From: Candidatus Wolframiiraptor sinensis
GTDB taxonomy: Archaea; Thermoproteota; Nitrososphaeria_A; Caldarchaeales; Wolframiiraptoraceae
Length of the DNA stretch: 64,000 bases
Assembly: GCA_023261815.1 (NCBI GenBank)
Contig: JALNKA010000003.1
Span: forward strand, 27,725-91,724
Direction of reading: 5' to 3'
In this document: in pieces, positions 29,817 through 39,622 of the stretch
How the letters are laid out: each line of letters opens with the position of its first letter
How positions within the stretch are numbered: position 1 is the stretch's first letter
Translations under genes and position numbers: made by a program
Notes under the pieces: model-generated
Database searches by the model: none
What the model was told of the DNA's origin: nothing
Seen by the model: only the letters and a program-made list of their open reading frames with translations

Positions 29817-31679
29817 CTAGATCATTTCAAGCCTTTTCTTAGTCTCTTCTGTCACTATTCCATCTCGGCTCCAGCCTCTCGCCTCATAATACTCATCGAG
29901 CATGAAATCGAGCATCGCAGGCGATATCCTGTGCCCCTTGGCGGGGCCATCCGGAACAGGCTCATACATTATTCTAGGGGGCAATAGATCATCTTTTCTC
30001 GTTATTCCCTCGCGATTCAAGATCATCCTCTCGAGCGTGTATATCCTCTCGCCGGCTATCAATAGATCCGCCCCAGTAAGCCCAGCGCCCGTGATGTAGT
30101 TAACGACCTCGGGGCTCGGATCATCGGTGAGGTTCAGAGATCTTCTCGGGATCGTGCATAAGGCGATCGAGTCTATGTAGGCCCTGACATCCTGTATGCT
30201 TTTGACGAGCCTGCCCTTGCCTCTTATGGCGAATCTATCGATTCTGGGCTTGAGGAGCTCATCTCTAATCGTCCAGCCGCCGACATTGTGGCAGGCACCC
30301 CTCGATGATGTCGCATAAGCCAGTCCGATGCCGTAGAATGCTCTGGGCTCGTAGGCGGCGAACTCCTGCCTCTTAACGTGCATGACGTATCTTATTGAGT
30401 CTTTTCCAATTCTCTCCGCGGCCGCGACAGCGCCATCGGCGAAGATATCTCCAACTCCCTTCCTCTCGCCCATGAGTTTGAGCATCTCTATTTCAGCCTC
30501 ACCATTACCGAATCTCAGGTCGAGCCCCCCGGTGAACTCCCTATCTATGATCCCGCGCTCATAAAGCTCCATGGCGAATCCAACAGCATAGCCCGCCGAG
30601 ATACCATCAAAGCCATACTCATCTACGATTTGATGAGCTGCTATCACGACGTTGTAGTCGAATACTCCACAGTGCGGCCCAAGGGACCAAAGGGTCTCAT
30701 ATTCAACCTTACACCTGTATCCGCTCCAAGAGCCCTCTTTCGCCTCCAGGAATTTCCCACAAGCGACTGGGCAGTTTGCGCACGCTACATCCCTAACGAG
30801 GTATCGGCTTCTCATAGCCTCTGTCGAGAGGTTCCTGATGAGAGACTCATCATCGATCCTCGTCCTCGTGAAATTCATGAGCGGATATGCTCCTAACTCA
30901 TACAGCGGCTCGACATACTGGAGCGTGCCGTATCTTGTATGGTTCCCGGTCGTCTCCCTGAGCTGCTTTATATGATCTTTCAAGTACTCTCTCAGACCGT
31001 CTGGATCGGCGAGATCCACCCCCTTCGTCCCAAGAACCGCTATTCCCTTGAGATTCTTAGATCCCATGATGGCGCCGAATCCCCCTCTTCCAAAAGCTCC
31101 ACCCCTCCTACTCGAGTGATCAGCCATAACCGACGCGATCTTCGAAAGTCTTTCTCCGGCAGGCCCTATGCAAGCGACGGATGCTCGCTTATCGCCAACC
31201 TCCTCCCTAATGGCATCTTGCGCCTCCTGCGTCATCATTCCCCAGAACCCGCTAGCATCCCTTATCTCAACCTCATCATCGATTATCGAGATGTAGACTG
31301 GGCTATCAGCCCTACTCTCAATAATAATCCCGTCATATCCAGCCCATTTCAAGTTAACCCCAAAATATCCACCCGCATTGGTTACCGAATAATGCCCAGT
31401 AAGAGGGGACTTCGCAACGATATACGCTTTCGTCGACCCGAATGCCGGAGCGCCCGTCATTATCCCGTTCATGAAGATCAGCTTATTCTCCGGAGAGAGC
31501 GGGTCAACATCCGGCCCAACCTCCTCATAATAGTATCTCGCCGCAAGCCCCCTCCCCCCCAGATACCTTTGAACCCATGAGAAGGGTATCTCCTCGATCA
31601 TTATCTTCCTCGTTGAGAGGTTTATTCTCAGAAGCTTTCCAGTGAGCCCCTTCCATTTACGCAGGTCGGAGGCCTCCAT
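29817..31679 (-). CDS. Aldehyde:ferredoxin oxidoreductase (tungsten AOR family)
   Basis: YLGGRG, KSPLTG, IGPAGE, GRGG.GA.MGSKNLK, C..CP..C, EYE, D.YG.D.IS, RGACH, YY..RGW. Confidence 0.94.
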   Translation of the reverse strand: MEASDLRKWKGLTGKLLRINLSTRKIMIEEIPFSWVQRYLGGRGLAARYYYEEVGPDVDPLSPENKLIFMNGIMTGAPAFGSTKAYIVAKSPLTGHYSVTNAGGYFGVNLKWAGYDGIIIESRADSPVYISIIDDEVEIRDASGFWGMMTQEAQDAIREEVGDKRASVACIGPAGERLSKIASVMADHSSRRGGAFGRGGFGAIMGSKNLKGIAVLGTKGVDLADPDGLREYLKDHIKQLRETTGNHTRYGTLQYVEPLYELGAYPLMNFTRTRIDDESLIRNLSTEAMRSRYLVRDVACANCPVACGKFLEAKEGSWSGYRCKVEYETLWSLGPHCGVFDYNVVIAAHQIVDEYGFDGISAGYAVGFAMELYERGIIDREFTGGLDLRFGNGEAEIEMLKLMGERKGVGDIFADGAVAAAERIGKDSIRYVMHVKRQEFAAYEPRAFYGIGLAYATSSRGACHNVGGWTIRDELLKPRIDRFAIRGKGRLVKSIQDVRAYIDSIALCTIPRRSLNLTDDPSPEVVNYITGAGLTGADLLIAGERIYTLERMILNREGITRKDDLLPPRIMYEPVPDGPAKGHRISPAMLDFMLDEYYEARGWSRDGIVTEETKKRLEMI

Positions 31680-31735
31680 AATTCCTCACAAACATCAGCC
31701 TTTCGGCCGCTACATCATAAACCTTTCTTTCATTA

Positions 31736-31753
31736 TTAACGTTACATCGTTAA
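31736..31753. promoter_or_regulatory. Inverted repeat TTAACG-N6-CGTTAA upstream of the AOR gene (putative operator)
   Basis: Perfect 6-bp inverted repeat in an AT-rich intergenic region. Confidence 0.35.
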
Positions 31754-31879
31754 GCATAATGCTAAATGAAGGATGCATCGAGAATGGCAAATTCACGTGA
31801 TTAATAACCTTAGGCAAAAGTTCCTAAAGTAGGGATTATGTGATATGATGCATCAATTTGTTCGATTACTGCTCGGGCG

Positions 31880-33427
31880 CTATTCGATTAATTTTTCATG
31901 GCCCTCGAAAAGCTCATCCGATTTCTCTATCAGCCTTTCGTAAAACTCTGCGTATTGCAGGTATTTCTCGTGGATCTCCTCTCTCGGCTCGATTCTCTTG
32001 ATAGGCTTAACCCATTCATTTATTGTCGTCTTGTAATCTTTGAAGGCTTTGACAGCATATCCTCCGATGACCGCGAGAGCTAAGGCGGCGAGCTCCTCCT
32101 GATTCAATAGTATATATGGTACTCCGAGTATATCGGCTTTAATCTGATTCCATATAGGACTTTTGCTTCCACCGCCTATTCCTCTAACCTCTGTGATCTT
32201 CACGCTTTTCAGGAGCTCCTTCAAGATCTTCAAGTAGTGAAAGTACTCGTAGGCTATTCCCTCCAAGATTGACCTGTAGAAGTGCGCCATGGTATGCTTC
32301 CAGGTGTATCCAACCCATATGCCGCGCAGCTTTGGATTATATGGATAAGCCCTGCCGCCGAGATGCGGTATGAAGAAGAGGCCCTCAGAGCCCTCTGGAA
32401 TCTTTGAGGCCATTTCATCTAGGAGTTTATATGGATCCACGCCCCTCCTCTCCGCCTCCATCTTGACATCTCTCGCGATCTCATCCCTAAACCACCTCAA
32501 GCAAAGTCCTCCACCATTGATGTAGGCCCCGATATTCCATAGCTCCGGAACAACGGACTTCAGGTGGAGCAGAGTCCTATGCTTGGTGTCCGGGACTATC
32601 GCGTCCACCGAAACGTAGAATGCTGATGCGGTTCCAGCTATGTCGAGGCATATTCCCGGCTCCGTGAGACCGGCTCCAAGAGAGCATGCCATGCCATCGC
32701 CCGCTCCAGCAACAACGGGTATCCCCTTGACAAGGCCGAGTTTCTCAGCTTCATCGGAAGTCAGCTCGCCCACGATATCCCACGGTCTCACGACCTTAGG
32801 AAGCTTATCAAGCGGGATGCCGAAAGTTCTGCTAAGCTCTTCAGACCACTCCATCCTCCTGATATCGAATAACCCGGTGAAGGTAACATAGGTGTAGTCA
32901 TAGAAGGCGTCATCACCGCTGAGCCCTGCTAGCCTGCCGGCAACATAAACCGCCGGGACGGTAAACTTGTAAATCCTCTCAAATATCTCCGGTCTCTCAT
33001 TCTTCCACCACATCATCTTGGGAAGATGATCAACTGTCGGAGGCACGCCCGTGATCTCTATCAAAAGATCGGCATACCCCTCCATCAACATGTCGATATA
33101 CTTCTTGCATCTTATATCCAGCCACGAGTCATACGGTATCACGTGGTTCCAGTTCCTATCTATCGCGAGTATGCCGGCCATCTGGCCGCTGAAGGCTATG
33201 GAGGCGACATCCCTCGGATCAACGCGAGACTTCCTCAAGACTTCATTCACGGTATTCCTCGTAGAGGAATAGAAATCCTCGGGCTTCTGCTCAACCCATC
33301 CAACCCTCGGGTAATAGAGCTTTGACTCCTCATAAGCTATGGCAAGCTGCCTCCCCTCCTCATCGACTATAGTCGCTTTAGTCCCAGTAGTCCCTATATC
33401 GACGCCGATAAAGTATTGAGGCGACAT
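31880..33427 (-). CDS. FGGY-family carbohydrate kinase (xylulokinase-like)
   Basis: IGVDIGTTGTK, GWVEQ, SGQM.G, W.D.R, GD, GTA, GGGSKS..WNQIKAD. Confidence 0.92.
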   Translation of the reverse strand: MSPQYFIGVDIGTTGTKATIVDEEGRQLAIAYEESKLYYPRVGWVEQKPEDFYSSTRNTVNEVLRKSRVDPRDVASIAFSGQMAGILAIDRNWNHVIPYDSWLDIRCKKYIDMLMEGYADLLIEITGVPPTVDHLPKMMWWKNERPEIFERIYKFTVPAVYVAGRLAGLSGDDAFYDYTYVTFTGLFDIRRMEWSEELSRTFGIPLDKLPKVVRPWDIVGELTSDEAEKLGLVKGIPVVAGAGDGMACSLGAGLTEPGICLDIAGTASAFYVSVDAIVPDTKHRTLLHLKSVVPELWNIGAYINGGGLCLRWFRDEIARDVKMEAERRGVDPYKLLDEMASKIPEGSEGLFFIPHLGGRAYPYNPKLRGIWVGYTWKHTMAHFYRSILEGIAYEYFHYLKILKELLKSVKITEVRGIGGGSKSPIWNQIKADILGVPYILLNQEELAALALAVIGGYAVKAFKDYKTTINEWVKPIKRIEPREEIHEKYLQYAEFYERLIEKSDELFEGHEKLIE

Positions 33428-33517
33428 AACATCTCACGTTAAAAAAGGTTTAGATGCGAGAGGAGATAAGCATTGCGTATGCGCATGGCACAATTCAAGT
33501 AGGAATATCTGGCTGAT

Positions 33518-35149
33518 TTACGGCATTTCTCCACGATGCTTCTTGGCATACCTTCTATCTACCACGTAGTCTATTCTGATGATGCTTGAAGCGACTTCTG
33601 TGCATGTTTTAAGAATCTGTTCTTTAACGGCGAGCGGCTCTATCAGCCCCACCTCGATAACGTTAGCGATGCACTTGGAGAATGCGTCTATACCATACTC
33701 CCACATGCCACTGACATGCTTGGCCCTTAAATCCGTCAGGATTGTTGTCGGATCAAGCCCAGAGTTTCTAGCCAGGAGAATGGGTATGACTTCGAGGGAA
33801 TTCGCGAACGCTTGGATCGCTATCTGCTCTCTCCCCGGATACTTGAGCGACTCATTCCTAAGGACTATCGAGAGCGCCTCCTCAATAGCTCCGCCGCCAG
33901 GGACGTATGCAGGCTTCGCGGCGAGAGCGGAGATCATCACCACGGAATCCTTTATCGCGCGCTCCACCTCATCGGCCTGATACGGATCACCCCTCAAAAG
34001 TATCGTAGCTATCTTCGATGATCTACCCCCTTCAATAACCAGCATCCTGTCCCCTCCGATCTTACGCTCCTCCACGAGATCGGCATGCCCCAAATCATCC
34101 TCTCTAAGATCTTGAAGGTTTGCGATTCTCATAGCGCCCGTGGCCCTTACAATCAGTTCTATGCGCTCATCCTTTAACAGTCTCTCAACGGCCATAACTC
34201 CAGCCCTTGCGAGTTCGTACTTTGCAACATTACCAATGCGCCTTCTACAGATAACAACATTAGCCCCAACGGAGATTATCCGGTTAACAAACTCTTTCTC
34301 AATTTTATCTTCTTCCCCAATGAATTTCTTTACAAGTTCATCATTGGCAATGTGTATCTCACGTTTGTATGGTTGAAGATGCTTAAATGGATCGACCTTC
34401 AGCGCCATATCCAGTAGAGCCACCTTCGCATTTAGCATCCTTTTAGGCATCATCGGGTGCGCGAGCCCCCTATCTAAGACAACACCCATTATGAGCTCGC
34501 TTTCTAGAATACCTCTACCAGGCTTCTTAACGACCTGTATCACGTCCCTATCTATAATCACCTTGCCATCCCTGAATTCAATCGCGGTGTTAACAGCTTT
34601 GATGATGAGATCGGCTAGATGATCGACGGCGACATCAATTCCCCTCGTTCTCAGCATGTTCCTGATAATATTTTTCATCAATTCATCGTTATTCAGATCG
34701 AACGGTCTGGAGAAGCTTATCAGGCTGCTCAGAGCGATCTCGCATGCTCTCTTATAACCGCTGATTATGGTTCCAGGCCGAATCCCGCTTTCCATTAGCC
34801 TTTCAGCCCTCTTCACGAGTTCTCCGATCAATATTATCGCGGTCTTAGTGCCATCTCCGACGGCGCTCTCAACGCTCTTAGCGGTCTCCTTCAGAAATTT
34901 AGCAACTGGATGATATACATCCATCATGTCGAGAATTACAGCGCCATCTTTCGTGACGGCTGTATCCCCAAATTTATTGATCATGAGCTTGCTCATCCCC
35001 ATTGGTCCCAGAGAGCTCTTTAAGAACTCAGCCATGGACTTCGCAATCTCAATATTTCCCTCCCTCACCTTCTCCCTATGAGATTCGCGGACTCCCTCTC
35101 GGTACAATAGAAATGGATCACGAATTATGTAGCTTCGCTCAGATGACAT
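33518..35149 (-). CDS. Thermosome (group II chaperonin) subunit, divergent paralog
   Basis: SLGP.GM.K, TKDGA.IL, GDGTKT, PGGGAIE, FA..LE.IP..LA.N.G.D, EP..VK. Confidence 0.9.
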   Translation of the reverse strand: MSSERSYIIRDPFLLYREGVRESHREKVREGNIEIAKSMAEFLKSSLGPMGMSKLMINKFGDTAVTKDGAVILDMMDVYHPVAKFLKETAKSVESAVGDGTKTAIILIGELVKRAERLMESGIRPGTIISGYKRACEIALSSLISFSRPFDLNNDELMKNIIRNMLRTRGIDVAVDHLADLIIKAVNTAIEFRDGKVIIDRDVIQVVKKPGRGILESELIMGVVLDRGLAHPMMPKRMLNAKVALLDMALKVDPFKHLQPYKREIHIANDELVKKFIGEEDKIEKEFVNRIISVGANVVICRRRIGNVAKYELARAGVMAVERLLKDERIELIVRATGAMRIANLQDLREDDLGHADLVEERKIGGDRMLVIEGGRSSKIATILLRGDPYQADEVERAIKDSVVMISALAAKPAYVPGGGAIEEALSIVLRNESLKYPGREQIAIQAFANSLEVIPILLARNSGLDPTTILTDLRAKHVSGMWEYGIDAFSKCIANVIEVGLIEPLAVKEQILKTCTEVASSIIRIDYVVDRRYAKKHRGEMP

Positions 35150-35326
35150 GGTGCTTCTGGACGTAATTCCCGGCCTCGTTCCTTAATATACTCTTAATGC
35201 CTCGAGTCATAAGTCTGAAGATATGGCAAATGCTCGGGAGGGGGGGTGGCTAGTAGCGCGGCCTCCGGACATTATGCGGTGGAGATGTTTATATTATACT
35301 CTTTCCGTAAGAGTAGTCGAGTAAGT

Positions 35327-36985
35327 ATGTCTGGAGAAGGGCTGAAAAAAGAGAAGGAAGTGGGGGTTTTGGATGCGAGGATAACTAGGAGGAAGGCAAT
35401 TGGAACCGCTGCAAAAATAGCTGGAGTCGCCGTTGCGGGTCTCGTCGTGGGAGGTGTTGCGGGATATCTTGCCAAGCCAGCCGCCCCCGCTGAGACAGTA
35501 ACGAGAATTGTAACAGAAACTATTACTACTACCGTAGGCGAAGTGACTGTTACGGTTCCAACAACTGTGAGAGAAACGGTCACTGTCACCGCAACAGCCC
35601 CTCCAACATTACTAGGATTGGCAGAGATGAGGAGAGAGCTGGCGCAAAGATATGCTACCGGAAAGCCCGGCGAGAAGTTCCTCGTAGGATATGTTACTTG
35701 GACTCTAGCCCAGGAGGCGCCCAAGTACGATTATCAGGGCGCAGACCAGGCATGCAAGCAGCTCGAATTGGAATTTAAGGGCATTGAAATCGGTGCCGAG
35801 GCTCTAAAGGCCATAGAGGCCACCGATGCGTTGATCGCTGCCGGCGCTAAGGGCATAGTTTACTGGGCGCCGGCGCTTGCTGCCATGGAGGAAATAGTCA
35901 AGCTGTGTGAGGCGAATAAAGTATTCGCAGCAACCGCCTGGTGCAGAGATCCGGCATTATTGCCCGGAGACAGAGGTCCATACTGGTTCCTAGAGTTCAG
36001 CACGATGTCAGATGAAATGAGCTTCCACTGCATGACCCTGCTCTTCGAGAAGATGAGGAAATATGGTAGAAGCAAGGTTTTACATGTACAGTCATCAAAG
36101 ACCATCGCGCCGGACTCCACCGCGTTGATCAATCAAGGAATATCCATAGCTTGGAGGAGGTATCCATTCATAACGCTGCTGGGACACTATTGGGGTGAAT
36201 GGGCATATCCAGGAGGCAGAAAAGCCGGAGAAGACGCATTGGCTGTTAGAACGGATTACGAGGCCGTTTGGGGCCACAATGATGACCAGGCTATGGGAAC
36301 GGTCTCAGTCTTTAAGGAAAGGGGAATAGACATCGGCCCCTTTGCAGCCTCAAGGGACGCAATAGTAGCGTGCACTGAGCTGGTTGCTAAAGGTGAATGG
36401 TTTATCACGTCACTCACAGAATTCCAGTACTTCGGTGGAAAGCGCGTCGCGGATACATACGATGCGGTGACGGGTGCCTCTTATCCCCTCAGGGATGAGA
36501 TGGTGCAATCGCCTTGGGTTACAACGGTCCTAAACCTCACCACGCCAAAGATAAAGGAGGAGAATGAGGAGCTCATTAAGGCATCTGGATTATGGTGGCA
36601 CCCGAACTTCATCCCTGTTGATGCTGCCGTCCTGCTAGATTTCCTCATGATCAGCGAGGTATATCCAACGAAGATGTATCCATATGACTTCAGAACGCTT
36701 TCCATCGGCAAATGCAGGGAGCTGGGCCTCACGTATGATAGGCACGCGAAATTCTACCTAACAGCAAACGACTTCTACTATGTGCCATTGATGGGTAGGA
36801 TGAAGGTTACCGAGGACAGAACAAGGGGAGAGAACCTCGAATCATTCAGAAAGCAGTTCGGATTGACTATGAAATACTTCCTTGACCTCAACTGGGACAC
36901 CTGGACGGAGAACGAGGAGAAGGTTAAGGCTGCTGAGAGAGAAGGTCTTAAACTAGAGCCGATCTGGGGCAAGGTGGGGGACTAG
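35327..36985 (+). CDS. Sugar ABC transporter substrate-binding protein (RbsB-like) with Tat-type signal and Thr-rich linker
   Basis: TRRKAI plus hydrophobic helix, TVTTT repeats, HNDDQAMG type I PBP motif; heads the ABC operon. Confidence 0.8.
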   Translation: MSGEGLKKEKEVGVLDARITRRKAIGTAAKIAGVAVAGLVVGGVAGYLAKPAAPAETVTRIVTETITTTVGEVTVTVPTTVRETVTVTATAPPTLLGLAEMRRELAQRYATGKPGEKFLVGYVTWTLAQEAPKYDYQGADQACKQLELEFKGIEIGAEALKAIEATDALIAAGAKGIVYWAPALAAMEEIVKLCEANKVFAATAWCRDPALLPGDRGPYWFLEFSTMSDEMSFHCMTLLFEKMRKYGRSKVLHVQSSKTIAPDSTALINQGISIAWRRYPFITLLGHYWGEWAYPGGRKAGEDALAVRTDYEAVWGHNDDQAMGTVSVFKERGIDIGPFAASRDAIVACTELVAKGEWFITSLTEFQYFGGKRVADTYDAVTGASYPLRDEMVQSPWVTTVLNLTTPKIKEENEELIKASGLWWHPNFIPVDAAVLLDFLMISEVYPTKMYPYDFRTLSIGKCRELGLTYDRHAKFYLTANDFYYVPLMGRMKVTEDRTRGENLESFRKQFGLTMKYFLDLNWDTWTENEEKVKAAEREGLKLEPIWGKVGD

Positions 36986-37061
36986 AAACAAGCTAGATCG
37001 CAGAAAACCAGCCTAAGGATATATAAGCTCCCTACCCCCCTTTATTTTTCTTGAAAAACGG

Positions 37062-38627
37062 GTGAAACATATGAGTACAACAAACTCCATATTAGAGGTA
37101 AGAAATATATCAAAGACTTTTGATAGAGTTGTTAAGGCCCTCGACAATGTTAGTATAGAAATACGAAGAAACGAGATAATCAGCGTTGTCGGTGAAAATG
37201 GTGCTGGTAAATCTACCTTAATGAAGATCTTGGTTGGGATCTATCAACCGGACTCCGGAGAGATGTATTATCTTGGGAGGAGGATACCGTTTCCCAAGAG
37301 TCCATTAGATGCTCTTAGAAAAGGGATCTCGATAGTATATCAGGAGAGAGGGGTCATACCCCATTTGAAGGTTTACCAGTTTCTTTTCCTCGGACTTGAG
37401 GAAAAGTTTACGAAGCTTGGGAGATTGCAACTCGGAAAGATAATCGGATTAACACAGTCAATTTTCGAGGAGCTGGGAATAAAATGCGATTTAGCTAGCA
37501 GCATGTATGAGCTTCCTCCATCTGTCCAGAAAATGGTCGAGATAGCTCGAGCAATATTGAGCGTTAAACTGATGGTTGAGGGGGATGGAGAATCAGAAGT
37601 AACTCCGATAATAATACTTGATGAGCCAACAGCACCTCTTTCTACGGAGGAAAGAGATGCGCTATTCAATTACCTCCTAAATCTGAAGAAGTCCAACTCA
37701 TTCATTTTCGTCTCTCATATTATTCCGGAGGTTATGAAATTCAGCGACCGCATCTACGTGCTGAGAGATGGTAAAGTGGTCGCCCACCATGATCTCTCAT
37801 CAGAAAAAGTTACTGAAGATCAGCTTTTCAGGGAGATTGTCGGAAGGGAATCTTATTACAGCTTATGGGCAAGATATGTATATGGTGTAGGAAAAGCGGA
37901 GGGAAAGAGAGTAGTGCTCTCTGTGCGTAACTTAACGAAAAAGGGTTACTTCGAAAACATATCTTTTGATTTACACGAAGGAGAGTGTATAGGCTTCTTC
38001 GGCCCAGCAGGATGTGGTAAAAGTGAAATAGCTAGGGCACTTTATGGAGAGATCTTCGCGGATCACGGGGAGATAATAATGGATGGCAAGCACGTGAAAT
38101 TGAAGAGCGAGCCATACGCGAGGATTAAGATCGGTATAGGATATTTCTCGGGAGAAACCGGAAAGGAGCTATTTCTCTTCTGGCCAATAAGAAAGAATCT
38201 GTCATTAGTGAATTTTGAGAAGGTATGTAAGAAACCCTTAAAAATTATCTCTGTGATAAGTTTCAATGCTGAGAGGGCTTTGGCGGAGAAAATCATGAAA
38301 AAGCTTAGAATAAGAGCACCGAGCACGGAGACGGAATGCTATTCACTGAGCGGGGGAAATAAGCAGAAGGTGTCCGTGGGCAAGTGGCTTGAAAAGAGCC
38401 CAAGGGTGCTCATACTCGAAGACCCGACTATAGGCATAGATGTTGGGGCGAGAGAGGAGATTTATGAGGTCCTGCTCGAAATGAAGGGAAATGGCATAGC
38501 CATGATACTCGCAAGCGATGATCCAAAAGAGTACGCTATTCTATGCGATAAAATAATTTCTCTAAAGAACGGAGTCGTGCAAGCGATATACACGAATGAG
38601 GAGTTCAGGAGGCTGATGGGGTTATGA
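37062..38627 (+). CDS. Sugar ABC transporter ATP-binding protein (RbsA-like, two ATPase domains)
   Basis: GENGAGKST, ILDEPTA, LSGGNKQKV, EDPTIGIDVGA. Confidence 0.94.
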   Translation: MKHMSTTNSILEVRNISKTFDRVVKALDNVSIEIRRNEIISVVGENGAGKSTLMKILVGIYQPDSGEMYYLGRRIPFPKSPLDALRKGISIVYQERGVIPHLKVYQFLFLGLEEKFTKLGRLQLGKIIGLTQSIFEELGIKCDLASSMYELPPSVQKMVEIARAILSVKLMVEGDGESEVTPIIILDEPTAPLSTEERDALFNYLLNLKKSNSFIFVSHIIPEVMKFSDRIYVLRDGKVVAHHDLSSEKVTEDQLFREIVGRESYYSLWARYVYGVGKAEGKRVVLSVRNLTKKGYFENISFDLHEGECIGFFGPAGCGKSEIARALYGEIFADHGEIIMDGKHVKLKSEPYARIKIGIGYFSGETGKELFLFWPIRKNLSLVNFEKVCKKPLKIISVISFNAERALAEKIMKKLRIRAPSTETECYSLSGGNKQKVSVGKWLEKSPRVLILEDPTIGIDVGAREEIYEVLLEMKGNGIAMILASDDPKEYAILCDKIISLKNGVVQAIYTNEEFRRLMGL

Positions 38628-39616
38628 AGAGTGGGCTGAAAGAATTAAGAGTGGGCGCGGTTGTAATAACCTCTGCATGGAAGCTCATTAAAATGAATCC
38701 CGCGATATGGGCTATTATAGCATTAGTAATAATCTTCTCGGCGATAGTTCCTGAAAGGTTCTTGTCGCCAAGCAATTTTGTAGCTATTTTGAAAAGCTTC
38801 GCGGTCACCTCGATGCTGGCAGTAGGGCCGACCTTCGTGATATTACTAGGCTCCATCGATGTATCATATATGGGCATATGGATGTTCGGCGGAGCACTAG
38901 TGTGGCTGTTATACCCCTATCTAGGCCTTGCCTCGATAGCAATATACCCCATCTTCGGCTTACTGGTAGGCCTCTTTAATGGCGTGGTGCATGTGAAGGC
39001 TAAGGTCCCATCATTCATATTAACGCTCGCCATGACAGCTCTGCTAGCTTTTCTGACGACATACGTGAGAAATATTTCTGGGGTGTTAACTTTAACAGTT
39101 CCCGCTTACAATTTCCTAAGAGAATCCCCAATACCCTATTTACCCTCACCATTCCTACTGGCTTTACCGGTAATTGTAGTAGCATTATTCCTCATGTTCT
39201 TTACAAAGCTTGGCACATACTTCTGCGCTATAGGATCTAATGAGGAGGGGGCGAAGCTCGCGGGAATAAATGTCGAGAAGTATAAGATCCTGGCTTTCAC
39301 GCTCAGCGGGCTGTTAACGGGGCTCGGCTCGATAGCGATTTTCGTGCATCTTGGATGTCAGACGAGAGTAGACTTCGATCCAAGTGAGCTTATAAGAGGG
39401 CTTGCAGCAATAGTTCTGGGAGGAACGCCTCTCGCAGGCGGCATGGGGGGGCCGCATAGAACGCTCCTCGGAGCATTGGTATACGTCCTTATCTTCAATG
39501 GGCTATTCCTTTTGCCGGGCGTGGACCCGAATCACCTCAAGTTATATGTGGGAACGCTTCTGCTGGGAGCGGTAATAGCTGCTTCCAGAGCCCTTAAGGG
39601 AGCTCTGATAGCGTGA
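38624..39616 (+). CDS. Sugar ABC transporter permease (RbsC-like)
   Basis: G.TFVIL.G.ID.S, PSFILTL, AIGSNE..A.LAGI, IVLGG..L.GG.G. Confidence 0.92.
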   Translation: MKSGLKELRVGAVVITSAWKLIKMNPAIWAIIALVIIFSAIVPERFLSPSNFVAILKSFAVTSMLAVGPTFVILLGSIDVSYMGIWMFGGALVWLLYPYLGLASIAIYPIFGLLVGLFNGVVHVKAKVPSFILTLAMTALLAFLTTYVRNISGVLTLTVPAYNFLRESPIPYLPSPFLLALPVIVVALFLMFFTKLGTYFCAIGSNEEGAKLAGINVEKYKILAFTLSGLLTGLGSIAIFVHLGCQTRVDFDPSELIRGLAAIVLGGTPLAGGMGGPHRTLLGALVYVLIFNGLFLLPGVDPNHLKLYVGTLLLGAVIAASRALKGALIA

Positions 39617-39622
39617 GGAGGG

